From an uncultured Bacteroidales bacterium (GTDB lineage Bacteria > Bacteroidota > Bacteroidia > Bacteroidales > VadinHA17), in the NCBI GenBank assembly GCA_963701745.1, contig CAVPBE010000001.1:1367931-1431930 (forward strand): DNA of 64,000 bases, in the 5' to 3' direction. This document shows positions 10,006 through 24,195 of this stretch, in pieces. Numbering within the stretch: position 1 is the first letter of the stretch; each line of letters opens with the position of its first letter. The position numbers and the translations under genes were made by a program. Under the pieces are notes generated by a model. That model was not told where the DNA came from. It did no database searches and saw only the letters and a program-made list of their open reading frames with translations.

Positions 10006-12822
10006 TTATTTTTCTGTAAGGACTGGTTTCCCGAATCCTATTTTTTCAAGAGGCCTCATCTGGGTTGCAGCATCACCAACAACGACATAGTACATCCTGT
10101 CGGGAATAATATATTTATCAGTGATTAACCTGTGCTCCTCAACTGTCATATTTTTCATGACAGTTTCTTCTTTTTTAATGTAATCCTCCGGGAGACCATA
10201 TTTAGCCATTGTTGAAAGCATGCTTACAAGGGCGTCATTGGTTTCGAACCGCAAAGCATTTGACCTGATCATGCAGTTCTTAATAAACTGAAGATCAGAA
10301 TCTGATATGCCATTCCTGTATTTTTCCATCTCTTCTTTAAAAATCCTTACAGATTCAAAGGTGGCATCTGACCTTACACTTGTCGCAGCTATAAAGGGAG
10401 CAATTGTTTTTCTGTCATAGAAATAGCTTGAAGCACCATAGGTGTATCCTTTCTCTTCTCTGAGAATCTGGTTAAGAATACTTGTGAAAGCTCCTCCAAG
10501 TCTGTAATTAATGAAATCAGCTTTAACATAATCGGGATTGGTCCTTGAAATGGAAGGATATCCGATGCAGATAACCGATTGCTTTGATCCCGGTATATCG
10601 ACAAAATAGATGGCCGATTTTTCAGGAAATACAGGCACAACATATTTATTGAACACAACCTCTTTGGATTTCCATTCATCTTCAAAAGGTTTTAAAGCAG
10701 CAATGGCCTGCTCTTTTGAAACATTCCCTGCAACCAGTATTTTTGTTACTGATGGTGAAAAGTTCCTTTCATAAAAGTTTTTTAGATCGTTAATTGTGAT
10801 TTTATCTATCGATTCTCTTGTACCTCTGGTGCTATATCCAAGAATGTTTTCATCCCCATACAGTAATCTTAAGAATACCTTGTTTGCGACGCTTCTAGGC
10901 TGAGCTTCTGACTGAATAATAGAATTTCTTGTACGTGTCTGAGCCATAATAAATTCTGTTGAATCCCATCTTGGTTCAAACATTATTTCTTTCATCAGCA
11001 GAACGGTTTTGTCAAAATTCCTCGACAGCATACTTGCATCCACCACAATCTCTTCATTACCGGGATATACACTAATATTTGAACCCAGCAATTGGATCTC
11101 CTCTTCAAGTGCCTCAGGTGTTTTGGTTTTTGTACCTTGTGGAAGAACCCCTGCCATTAATGAAGCAACCCCGGTAAGACTGATATTATCGAGAGTTGGA
11201 CCCCCATCAATAACAATGTTAATACTAACCAGTGGCAGCTCTTTATTTTCAATGCCGTAGATCTGTAATCCGTTTGAGAATTCAGCTTTCCATACCAGGG
11301 GAACACTTACTTCCGGTTCATTTCCGGCAGACGGTTCGGCTGTACGGTCAAAAGCGGAGGTTGTTTTAGTTATCTTTTCATTTCCTTCTTCAGCAATCTC
11401 AACCTGGGAAGCTTCGCTGATATCTTCTTCTTTTATGCCTGCAGGAACTGAATTTTCTGCCATCAGATCCTTCTGGCCCTTAGGGACGAAGCTGGTTACA
11501 ATTTGAGGCTTATCTTTGATATATTTGTTATAGACCATTTTGATATCATCAGGAGTAACAGCTTTTATGTTCTCAATGTCCCGTGTTATATATCCCGGAT
11601 CATTCAGATATGTATTATAGAATGCCAGCCTGAGAGATTTATTTAAAACACCGTTGAGACCATCATAAAAGTTTTTTTCACTGGTTGCTTTAATTCTCTC
11701 AACGTCCTTTTCTGAGAAGCCTTCTTTCTCAAATCGTGCAAATGCTTCAGATATAGCACCTTCTATTTCTTTGAGTGACTTACCTTCATTTGCTCTGATC
11801 CGGATAGTAAATTCCCCTGTAAGTTCTTCCGAATTAGCATATGCAGATACATTGGAGGTAAGCTGTTTTTCTTTAATAAGGACTTTGTAAAAAGGTGCTT
11901 TTTTCCCGTCTGCCAGGATCTTTGCAAGGAAATCAAGTGCATAGGAATCTTTGCTGTATTGCTCCGGAATTGGCCATACCATTGTTATTTCAGGTACATT
12001 GGCAAAGTTATCCTCATGATACAGTTTTTTGGTTTGTCCGAGCGAAACCGGCATTGCGTTACGCGGGGCAGCTTCTCCGTGAGATTTAATTTCTCCGAAA
12101 TATTTATTTAATAAAAGTTTCACGGAATCCGGATTAAAATCACCGGCCAGTACCATCGTCGCGTTATTCGGACCATAAAATTTATCATAATAATTTTTTA
12201 CATCCTCTATGGTTGCATTTCTGAGATCCTCCATTTCCCCGATTACTTCCCAGTTATAAGGATGATCTGACGGATAAAGGTTTTTGTCGATAACGTATTC
12301 AGTAAACCCATACGGAGAATTGTCTTCTCCCTGTCTCTTTTCATTCTGAACTACATTCTGCTGAATTGCAAGCAGTCGTGGAGTAACAGAATTAATGAAA
12401 AATCCCATCCTGTCCGACTCAAGCCATAATATCTTTTCAAGAGCGTTTTTAGGGAACATCTCAAAATAGGTTGTAACATCACGGGATGTAAAGCCATTAT
12501 TGCTACCTCCTGCACCTTCAATAATTTTATCAAATGTTCCGGTGGGAACATTCTCCGAACCTCCGAAAAGAAGATGTTCAAACAGATGGGCAAATCCGGT
12601 TTTACCAGGTGTTTCCCTGCTGGAACCGACATGGTACATAATGGCATACGACATCATCGGATCGGAATGATCAGTATGAAGTATTACCTGCAGCCCGTTT
12701 TGCATTGTAAATTTTTCATATGAAATGCTGAGCTTGTCATCAGGAGATTTTTTACATGATGAAAGGAAAAACAGGATCATACCTACTGTCAGCAGATATC
12801 TTGAAAAACGGAATTTATTCAT
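10006..12822 (-). CDS. M16-family (pitrilysin/insulinase-like) zinc peptidase, two-unit, lipoprotein-type signal
   Basis: 938 aa. Inverted zinc motif HLFEHLLFGGS (HxxEH). The LFFLSSC lipobox suggests a lipoprotein. The length fits tandem M16 active and inactive halves. Confidence 0.85.
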   Translation of the reverse strand: MNKFRFSRYLLTVGMILFFLSSCKKSPDDKLSISYEKFTMQNGLQVILHTDHSDPMMSYAIMYHVGSSRETPGKTGFAHLFEHLLFGGSENVPTGTFDKIIEGAGGSNNGFTSRDVTTYFEMFPKNALEKILWLESDRMGFFINSVTPRLLAIQQNVVQNEKRQGEDNSPYGFTEYVIDKNLYPSDHPYNWEVIGEMEDLRNATIEDVKNYYDKFYGPNNATMVLAGDFNPDSVKLLLNKYFGEIKSHGEAAPRNAMPVSLGQTKKLYHEDNFANVPEITMVWPIPEQYSKDSYALDFLAKILADGKKAPFYKVLIKEKQLTSNVSAYANSEELTGEFTIRIRANEGKSLKEIEGAISEAFARFEKEGFSEKDVERIKATSEKNFYDGLNGVLNKSLRLAFYNTYLNDPGYITRDIENIKAVTPDDIKMVYNKYIKDKPQIVTSFVPKGQKDLMAENSVPAGIKEEDISEASQVEIAEEGNEKITKTTSAFDRTAEPSAGNEPEVSVPLVWKAEFSNGLQIYGIENKELPLVSINIVIDGGPTLDNISLTGVASLMAGVLPQGTKTKTPEALEEEIQLLGSNISVYPGNEEIVVDASMLSRNFDKTVLLMKEIMFEPRWDSTEFIMAQTRTRNSIIQSEAQPRSVANKVFLRLLYGDENILGYSTRGTRESIDKITINDLKNFYERNFSPSVTKILVAGNVSKEQAIAALKPFEDEWKSKEVVFNKYVVPVFPEKSAIYFVDIPGSKQSVICIGYPSISRTNPDYVKADFINYRLGGAFTSILNQILREEKGYTYGASSYFYDRKTIAPFIAATSVRSDATFESVRIFKEEMEKYRNGISDSDLQFIKNCMIRSNALRFETNDALVSMLSTMAKYGLPEDYIKKEETVMKNMTVEEHRLITDKYIIPDRMYYVVVGDAATQMRPLEKIGFGKPVLTEK

Positions 12823-12908
12823 TTTTAAAATTATTTGAGATTTATAAACTTTTTACTGTCCTATTAGAGTAACGAAATTATAAAAATATAAGGAGAATAA
12901 AAAACTTA

Positions 12909-13007
12909 CACAGAGTGACACAGAGGATTCGCAGAGTGACACAGAGAATTTTAAATAGTTATTATGTAACTCTGTGTTTCTCTGTGCCTTCTCTGTGGAT
13001 CTCTGTG
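12909..13007. repeat. Phased-heptamer hairpin element, CACAGAG word
   Basis: CACAGAG/CGCAGAG at 12909, 12919, 12930, 12940. CTCTGTG at 12970, 12980, 12991, 13001. Confidence 0.9.
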
Positions 13008-13039
13008 TTAGTTCTTAAATTTAACGATCTGACAGCTGA

Positions 13040-16970
<3,931 letters not shown>

Positions 16971-16980
16971 TTATATTTTT

Positions 16981-19900
16981 TTATATATCTTTTAATTCCG
17001 TAATAGCATAAAGATTCCCTGCTGACAGCTCCACCGCTTTCTGGAGGTTCTCCTTTGCAGCTTCCTTGTTACCAAGCCCTTTATTGCCGAGGCCTTTTAA
17101 GAGATATGCATTTGACAACCTTGCGTTTTCAGCTTCCTTTTCACCGAATTTGGCAAAGAAATCCACCTCACCCGAAGCACTTTGTTTTACCTGCCTTTCT
17201 CCTTCATCAATAATTGAATTGAATACCTCATCTGCCTCTTTCTTCTTTCCAAGCCATGAATAGCTTAAACCCTGGTAATACCTGATGTAGCTTGAGCTTC
17301 GTGATTCCTGGGAAGTGGACATTGAATAGTAGCTTTTTGCTTTTGTTTTATTTCCCAGCGCTTCATATGCCGATCCTATGAAATAATCGACCTGGAGATT
17401 CCTGTTCTCCGATCTGCTTCCTCCTGCCTCTTCTTCAGGAACCTGTGCCAAAAGGAACTCTTCAAGGGCTTTGGTGTAGTTCTTTTCAGCCATTAGCTTT
17501 TTCCCGAGCATAAGATGGGCATCGATCAGGATATCCCTGACCCTTGAACTTCCTTCGCGATAGCTGAATTTTCTTCCGGTCAGATATTCAACCGATTTTT
17601 CGGGTTTTCCTGCAAGTGTAAGAACAGTTATCTGGCGCGCAAATGCATCATCACGTTTTGATACAACTTCATTACTGCCTTCAAAAAGTTTTAGCCTCTT
17701 CTCCACTGGTGCATTGCTCATTTCATATAATGCGTCAAGCTCCTCGTAATATACCGGTTCATTCTTATTCAAAGCCATTGCTTTCTCATAAGAGGAAATG
17801 GCTTTCATTCCATCACCATGTTGATGATAATATCCCCAGCCAAGATTGCGATAAGCAATGGCCATCGTGGGATCAAGCCTGACGGCGTTCTCCCATGCTT
17901 GTATTGCCTTTTCCGGCTGTTTGTCATATAAAAGGTTTCCAAGATAATACCACGGTTTTCCATCATTCGGATCATATTCAGATGCAAGCTTAAGAACATT
18001 TAAAGTTTCGAGCCTGAATGGAAATATATAATCGACCGGCAGTCCCGAACCTTCTTTGAAAAACTTTACAGCATCTGACTTATTTCCTTTCTTATCCTGA
18101 ATGTATCCAAGGTAATAACAGATTATCGGATTCTTTCCCTTGTATCGTTTAAATACATCCTCGGCATCAGCAGTTAGCCCGTCGTTAAGGTAAGCTATTC
18201 CAAGCTCAAGATAATTCTGATCGAAATCCCTCATTTTCAGCATAAGACCGGCCAGCACTTTTTCTGCTTTTTGTTTTTCGCCCGATTCATTCATGTTAAG
18301 GTAAAGTTCATTTCCTGCCCTGAAGTCAAGCGGATCGCTTTGAGGCAGCCCGGAAAGTGATGCAACTGATGATTTGTAATTGCCGAGATGCCTTAAGATT
18401 GAAGATTTTAATCCTAATGCACAGTTATTCAGTGAATTAGATGTTAAAGATTCATTGATCTGTTGCAGAGCTTTTTCGAAATCACCCAGCAAAGATGATA
18501 CCCTGGCAAGTTCAAGATATGCCGCTGAATGATATGCGTAATCCCAGGTTGCCCGGTACAGTGTATCAACAGCTTCATTATAAAGACCCAGTGATTTAAG
18601 GGTAATGCCCTGAAGGTAAAGCGCTTCGCAATCGGAGGGGCGGGTGAAATCTTTTGTGAGTCTTTTAACAGCTTTTGAAAAGTAGCTTCGGGCAGTTTCG
18701 TAGTCTCCGTTTCTGAGGTAAATATCTCCGACTGCCGTATTGGTCCTGATATCAGAAGGATCGCGCTTAAGGGCTTCCTGATAATAATCCAAAGCATTAA
18801 GCGTGGGATTATAAAACTGTTCGATCCTGCTGCCAGCCAGATAAAGCTCCTCCACTGTTCCTATCTCCTCCGGAGGAGGTGGACGCTTAACAATATCAGG
18901 CAGCTTTTCGGCTTTCTGATATTGAACAGGCCTGTAGGAGACAAGAATCTCTCCTGTTTCAGAATCAGTCAGTTCAGTGTAGAGTCCGGTTAATTCATAT
19001 GGTTCATCAATGCTTATCAACTGTGTGAAAGCTTTTTGAGGCGATAACTCGAGGGTCTTTGTAAATATGATCTTCTCTTTATTTTTGAGGGTAACAGCTG
19101 CTTTATTGACTTTTCTTGTAACACAATACCCCAGGAATACCTGGTTCTTCTCCTTTGATTCAAGGTTAACAGCCCCATTCAGGTTGGCATTTTTAAATCC
19201 TTTAATATCCTTAACAGGATACCAGTACTGGGTGAAGCTTTTCACCTCATACGGTCTTATCCAGCTGTAATCAGGCTGGTTATCGGAGAAAGCACCCACC
19301 ATTATTTCTACATATGGTCCGTCATTATCGGTAAGCCTTGCTTCAGTTGCCTGGCCTCTTGCACCCGATCCCCATTCCCAGAGCTTTGCACCCTTGACGA
19401 TATTATGATCCGCGATATGTACAGTTCCTGTCTCCCTTCCATGGTCATACCCTCCCATAAAATCTTCTTTCAGATCATAGGCAAAAAAGGAATTGGAATT
19501 TGGAGAGTTTTTCCACCAGCTTATATCGACTCCCTTCGTAAAGTCCTGTCCGTTATATATTTCAGTGGAAATTGGCCAGTTTGTGAAACTGTTTTTTGCA
19601 TGATAGGTTGCAACATTCACGCTTGGAGGGAATATGACCTGGTAGTTTTCATTTGTATGTGCTGCAACATTTGCCCAGTAAAGGAATGTATTGGTGAGCG
19701 GGGTCGGATTATGGATCTTTACCTCTGCCCTGAAATAGGATCTTTCAGGGAAAGCGGTAATTCCAATCGTCCATCTCATCCTGTGCCTTGGCTCTGTTTC
19801 GCCTATCCAGATTGTTTTGCTGCCATCGCTGTTTTCAGATGTTGTATAATCGACAGCCTGAAATGTTGATGCCCTGTGATGATGAAGCACACACCATTCA

Positions 19901-20322
19901 ATGCCGCCTGATACCCAGGCTCCTAGCATGCCGATATTTGATGGTTTTACGACGTTGTTCTTATAGATGAAGTTATACCCGTTCGATTTATCAGTTGAAT
20001 AATAGAGCTTACCGCCAATTTCAGGAGCTATGCATAATTTAATATACTCATTTTCAAGGATTACAGTTTTCCATGCTTTGTCGGTTTTTTCATCTGAAAT
20101 GACGTCATTCAGGGCATATGGATAAATCATTTTTGAAGCTCCCTGGTAGGATTCTCCCTTGAAGAACATCGGGTTCTTATCGGGTGGAGCTACCAAGTAA
20201 GTGGGAATCACCCAATCCTGTTCCGAGAACTTTACCTGGGCCGGCAATAAAAATGTCAGCAGGTCAAGTGCAATAGCGATAAGTAGGGTTTTAAAGTGCT
20301 GTATGTTAAAGATAGTTTTCAT
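16981..20322 (-). CDS. DUF5107 domain protein with C-terminal TPR repeats, secreted
   Basis: 1113 aa. The N-terminal region (WVIPTYLVAPPDKNPMFF...YPYALND) is typical of DUF5107. The C-terminal half has many TPR-like repeats. Confidence 0.75.
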   Translation of the reverse strand: MKTIFNIQHFKTLLIAIALDLLTFLLPAQVKFSEQDWVIPTYLVAPPDKNPMFFKGESYQGASKMIYPYALNDVISDEKTDKAWKTVILENEYIKLCIAPEIGGKLYYSTDKSNGYNFIYKNNVVKPSNIGMLGAWVSGGIEWCVLHHHRASTFQAVDYTTSENSDGSKTIWIGETEPRHRMRWTIGITAFPERSYFRAEVKIHNPTPLTNTFLYWANVAAHTNENYQVIFPPSVNVATYHAKNSFTNWPISTEIYNGQDFTKGVDISWWKNSPNSNSFFAYDLKEDFMGGYDHGRETGTVHIADHNIVKGAKLWEWGSGARGQATEARLTDNDGPYVEIMVGAFSDNQPDYSWIRPYEVKSFTQYWYPVKDIKGFKNANLNGAVNLESKEKNQVFLGYCVTRKVNKAAVTLKNKEKIIFTKTLELSPQKAFTQLISIDEPYELTGLYTELTDSETGEILVSYRPVQYQKAEKLPDIVKRPPPPEEIGTVEELYLAGSRIEQFYNPTLNALDYYQEALKRDPSDIRTNTAVGDIYLRNGDYETARSYFSKAVKRLTKDFTRPSDCEALYLQGITLKSLGLYNEAVDTLYRATWDYAYHSAAYLELARVSSLLGDFEKALQQINESLTSNSLNNCALGLKSSILRHLGNYKSSVASLSGLPQSDPLDFRAGNELYLNMNESGEKQKAEKVLAGLMLKMRDFDQNYLELGIAYLNDGLTADAEDVFKRYKGKNPIICYYLGYIQDKKGNKSDAVKFFKEGSGLPVDYIFPFRLETLNVLKLASEYDPNDGKPWYYLGNLLYDKQPEKAIQAWENAVRLDPTMAIAYRNLGWGYYHQHGDGMKAISSYEKAMALNKNEPVYYEELDALYEMSNAPVEKRLKLFEGSNEVVSKRDDAFARQITVLTLAGKPEKSVEYLTGRKFSYREGSSRVRDILIDAHLMLGKKLMAEKNYTKALEEFLLAQVPEEEAGGSRSENRNLQVDYFIGSAYEALGNKTKAKSYYSMSTSQESRSSSYIRYYQGLSYSWLGKKKEADEVFNSIIDEGERQVKQSASGEVDFFAKFGEKEAENARLSNAYLLKGLGNKGLGNKEAAKENLQKAVELSAGNLYAITELKDI

Positions 20323-20404
20323 AATAAGGTTTCATGGAGGTACTCCGAAAGTTATTAAAAATTGACTGATCGCAGATGTTTGGTGGTGATATTATTTTTG
20401 TGCT

Positions 20405-20492
20405 CGAAAATCAATTATTTGCCCCAACCCTAAAGGGAGTAATTGATTTTCTTCGCTCCCTTTAGGGTAAGGGGCAGACGAAGAAAATCAAT
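20405..20492. promoter_or_regulatory. Interleaved inverted repeats (X-Y-X'-Y'-X) in a divergent promoter region; function unknown
   Basis: X=cgaaaatcaat (20405), Y=gccccaaccctaaagggag (20421), X'=attgattttcttcg (20442), Y'=ctccctttagggtaaggggc (20456), X=cgaagaaaatcaat (20479). Confidence 0.5.
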
Positions 20493-20608
20493 ATACTAAC
20501 TTTTAGGATTTTTAAGGATCAAAAATAATACCCTGATATGTTTTTGAATTATATTATGTATATTTTAGGTTCAATTTGATTCAGTTTTCTTCTTACAAAC
20601 ATAAACCT

Positions 20609-21886
20609 ATGAAAAATACAATTTCTCTTTTGATTGTGGTCTTTCTCCTTTCAAATTCCAGCAATTGCCAGGAAAATAAGAAGATTACCACTGAGCAAAA
20701 ACAAAAACTTGAACAGCTGAAAAAAGAGGTGAAAGACAACCTTACCGGAAATATTCTTTCATATTGGTCAGCAAAGATGGTTGATAATGTAAACGGAGGA
20801 TTTTATGGAAGGATAGACAGAAATGACAAAGTTTATCCTGAGGCTGAGAAGGGAGGGATTCTGAATGCCAGGATTTTGTGGACTTATTCTTCAGCCTACA
20901 GGGTAACAGGCGATACTTCTTATCTTCGCCTGGCTAAAAGGGCAAAAGATTATATACTTGCCCATTTTATCGACAGCCAGTACGGAGGAGCCTTCAGAAG
21001 CCTTAGAGCCGACGGCACACCGTCAGATACCCGGAAGCAGTTGTATACCAACGCTTTTTTCATTTATGGTCTTTCGGAGTACAGCAGAGCCACAGGGGAT
21101 AAAAAAGCACTGTCAGAAGCAAGGAAGATTTTTGACCTCTTCGAGAAGTATGCATCTGATCGTGAGCAAAATGGTTATTTTGAAGCCTTCAGTCGCGAGT
21201 GGGTGCGTATTCGGGAGAGGATGATAGGAGAGAGTACCGATAAGGATGAGAAAACAATGAACACCAGCCTGCATATAATGGAAGCTTATGCTAATCTATA
21301 CAGGGTATCCGGTGATAAAATCGTGGGCGATCATTTAAGAAATATGGTTGAGATTTTTCTTGATAAAATCATTGATAAAAAAACCTCACATCTTATATGT
21401 TTTCTCGACAGAAGCTGGAACAGCACCTCAACCATTGATTCTTATGGCCACGATATTGAAAGCTCATGGCTCCTTTATGAAGCTGCAAGCCTTCTTAAGG
21501 ATGAAAAACTTATCCGGAGGGTAAAGGAGGCAGCTATTGATATCGCAAACGCTGCTTCAGAAGGCTATCAGCCAGATGGGAGTATGCTTACAGAGAAAGA
21601 TTATGCTACCGGACATTTCAGAACGCAGAGGTCATGGTGGGAGCAGTCTGAAACGATAGTAGGATATCTTAATGCGTTTGAACTGACAGGTGATGAAAAT
21701 TATCTGAACAAATCGTTGAAATGCTGGGAATACACAAAGAAATATTTCATTGACACAAAGAATGGAGGGTGGTTCAGCTCAGTTTCAGAATCAGGGGTGC
21801 CTGGCGGTGACAAAGGCGGATTCTGGATCTGCCCATATCATAGCGGGAGAATGTGCATGGAGGTTATTGAAAGGGTGAAAGATTGA
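20609..21886 (+). CDS. AGE-family (N-acylglucosamine 2-epimerase-like, alpha/alpha-6 barrel) protein with signal peptide
   Basis: The ORF starts at 20576, but the likely start is MKNTISLLIVVFLL. The N-terminal motif ILSYWSAKMVDNVNGGFYGRID is typical of AGE/cellobiose 2-epimerase-type proteins. Confidence 0.7.
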   Translation: MKNTISLLIVVFLLSNSSNCQENKKITTEQKQKLEQLKKEVKDNLTGNILSYWSAKMVDNVNGGFYGRIDRNDKVYPEAEKGGILNARILWTYSSAYRVTGDTSYLRLAKRAKDYILAHFIDSQYGGAFRSLRADGTPSDTRKQLYTNAFFIYGLSEYSRATGDKKALSEARKIFDLFEKYASDREQNGYFEAFSREWVRIRERMIGESTDKDEKTMNTSLHIMEAYANLYRVSGDKIVGDHLRNMVEIFLDKIIDKKTSHLICFLDRSWNSTSTIDSYGHDIESSWLLYEAASLLKDEKLIRRVKEAAIDIANAASEGYQPDGSMLTEKDYATGHFRTQRSWWEQSETIVGYLNAFELTGDENYLNKSLKCWEYTKKYFIDTKNGGWFSSVSESGVPGGDKGGFWICPYHSGRMCMEVIERVKD

Positions 21887-21928
21887 AATAAAATAATTCG
21901 TAAATTTGAATTAGTTAATGTCAGCAAT

Positions 21929-23563
21929 ATGTTCACCTATACATTCGGCGGTAAAAACGGCACGAAACATATCCTGCATGAGAGCAGCGATATGGTGGCT
22001 GTCCGTACAAGGAATTCCAGAAACCTGAAGAGTGCTGTAATATCAGATAAAGGAAAGAAAGCGCTTAAGGATATGGAAATTGTGGTGGAGTTTCCTGAAG
22101 CAGATATTACTGTATTCAGAACCAGGGATTCTGTTACAAACAGTTTATCTGCGAGGGACAAAGCCCGGTCGGCTTTGAAAAACGAACCGGAACTCAGATT
22201 TGCCGGCAAGGTCCTTGTTGAAGATGATGGGAAAACGGTGGTCCTTTATACTGAAAATATTTTTATAAAGTTCCATGATAATATCGGTACAGATTCATGT
22301 GAGAAAATCCTTGTCAGGAATCAGCTTAATATTAAACAGAAGACCGATTTTGCAAAGAATGCTTATTTTGTAAGTGCTCCAGAAAATACAGGACTTCGGA
22401 TCTTTGAGATCGCCGAATCGCTTTTGGGAATGAAAGAGGTGGAGCTTTGTCATCCGGAGCTTATAAGGAAAAGGGGTTTAAAGAAAATACATCAAAAACA
22501 ATGGCACCTGAAAACCACAAACACAGGTGGTGTAAGGGTTAATGCAGGAGTAAAGGCCGATCTGGCCCATAAGCTTTCTTCAGGAAATGGTATTGTTGTC
22601 GCCTTGATCGATGATGGCTTTGAAATAGACCATCCAGAATTCAACCAGCCGGGGAAAGTAGTACATTCCCGTGACATTTCAACAAACAGCAATGATCCCC
22701 GTCCCAGGGATGCCTGGAATAATCACGGAACAGCCTGTGCCGGAGTTGCTGTAGCATCTGGAATAAATGCATCGGGTGTTGCTCCTGGAGCTATCCTTAT
22801 GCCGGTCCGCCTGAACTCAAACCTTGGCTCTATGGCAGAGGCTTACGCGTTTAAATGGGCAGCTGATCATGGTGCTGATATAATATCATGCAGTTGGGGA
22901 CCAGAAGACGGTGACTGGTCTGATCCGGCTGACCCTGTTCATACTACTCTGATCGACCTGCCTGACAGTACGAGACTGGCTATGGATTATGCTGTATCGG
23001 CCGGACGCGGAGGCAAAGGGTGTTTTATCACTTTTGCTGCAGGTAACGGGAATGAGGATTGTATTTATGATGGCTATGCAAGCTATGAGAAAGTAATTGC
23101 GGTTGCTGCATGCAACGATACGGGCAAAAGGAGTGTTTACAGTGATTACGGAAAAAATGTGTGGTGCTCATTCCCAAGCAGCGATTTCGGATATCAGCCC
23201 TTTAACCACCCCTACCCGCTAACCACAGGTATTTATACAACTGACCGTCTCGGGAAAGCCGGTTATAATCCAAAAGGAGATTATACAGATGAATTCGGTG
23301 GTACATCAAGCTCCTGCCCGGGTGCTGCAGGAACTGCAGCATTGATCCTTTCTGCAAATTCTGACCTTACCTGGCTGCAGGTCAGACAGATAATTAAAGA
23401 TACATGCGACAAGATCGATCCTTCGAGTGGTAAATACGATTCTAAAGGCCATAGCATATTCTATGGATACGGCAGAATCAATGCAGAAAAAGCGGTAAAA
23501 AAAGCTGTGGAACTTAAATCCAGGAGACTTGTTCGTAAGATCAGAAAAAAAGTAATAGTTTAA
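21929..23563 (+). CDS. S8-family (subtilisin-like) serine peptidase, no signal peptide, about 210-aa N-terminal domain of unknown function
   Basis: Catalytic triad contexts are VALIDDGF (Asp), NHGTACAGVA (His) and GGTSSSCPGAAG (Ser). No hydrophobic N-terminus. Confidence 0.85.
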   Translation: MFTYTFGGKNGTKHILHESSDMVAVRTRNSRNLKSAVISDKGKKALKDMEIVVEFPEADITVFRTRDSVTNSLSARDKARSALKNEPELRFAGKVLVEDDGKTVVLYTENIFIKFHDNIGTDSCEKILVRNQLNIKQKTDFAKNAYFVSAPENTGLRIFEIAESLLGMKEVELCHPELIRKRGLKKIHQKQWHLKTTNTGGVRVNAGVKADLAHKLSSGNGIVVALIDDGFEIDHPEFNQPGKVVHSRDISTNSNDPRPRDAWNNHGTACAGVAVASGINASGVAPGAILMPVRLNSNLGSMAEAYAFKWAADHGADIISCSWGPEDGDWSDPADPVHTTLIDLPDSTRLAMDYAVSAGRGGKGCFITFAAGNGNEDCIYDGYASYEKVIAVAACNDTGKRSVYSDYGKNVWCSFPSSDFGYQPFNHPYPLTTGIYTTDRLGKAGYNPKGDYTDEFGGTSSSCPGAAGTAALILSANSDLTWLQVRQIIKDTCDKIDPSSGKYDSKGHSIFYGYGRINAEKAVKKAVELKSRRLVRKIRKKVIV

Positions 23564-23645
23564 ACCTTCAAAACTTTGCGACTTGCATGACCTGCATGAC
23601 CGCACGACAACAAAAAGGCATAACGGCATAACTAATTTAAATACA

Positions 23646-24077
23646 ATGGAACGAGAAGTTTTAACAGCAAAAGACATTGAGAGAATTAACCAGCCTGGAT
23701 CTGAATCAAAATTTCCTGCTGGGACCGTCACCCGGGACGGTTATTTCGACCGGCTCTTCAAATATATTCCTGCTGAGCTCGTGGCGGGATATATTTTTGT
23801 CCTTGGCGTTGTTAAACAATTAACAGATGCGGGTGAAATAAAACTTTTTCAATGGTCGTTGTTTGTGATCTTCTGTATCCTGACTCCCTTATACCTCTGG
23901 CGGGTGCAGAAAGTCCTAAAACTACAGCAGCATATTATTTCACTACTCTCTTTTGTTGTATGGGTTTTTGCTCTGGGTGGGCCGTTTACTTTGTTGGGGT
24001 GGTATAATCCGGTTTACGGTGAAATATTGCTTCCTGTGTTTACCCTTGTGGTTGCTATCATTGAAGCAGAAAAATAG
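23646..24077 (+). CDS. Small polytopic membrane protein, unknown function
   Basis: The ORF starts at 23583. MEREVL at 23646 is the more plausible start. Three to four hydrophobic helices. It begins 82 nt downstream of the S8 gene. Confidence 0.55.
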   Translation: MEREVLTAKDIERINQPGSESKFPAGTVTRDGYFDRLFKYIPAELVAGYIFVLGVVKQLTDAGEIKLFQWSLFVIFCILTPLYLWRVQKVLKLQQHIISLLSFVVWVFALGGPFTLLGWYNPVYGEILLPVFTLVVAIIEAEK

Positions 24078-24195
24078 AACGGGAAAGGGTTTATGTAAAC
24101 ATAGGGATTCTGCGGATTGAGCGAAGTGTAATCCATGCCATATTCTAAATGGCACCGATTTCAAATCGGCGCCAACAAGGGCATCTCTTTTTAAC

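Noticed and set aside
21929-23563. I considered whether the S8 protease is the IetS component of an IetAS-type defence system.
   Set aside because: There is no adjacent ATPase (IetA-like) gene. The upstream neighbour is an AGE-family enzyme and the downstream neighbour is a small membrane protein.
23583-23645. The N-terminal extension of the small membrane protein ORF (MHDLHDRTTTKRHNGITNLNT).
   Set aside because: The extension is encoded by the tandem 8-9-mer repeat spacer and is hydrophilic low-complexity sequence. The Met at 23646 is the more plausible start.
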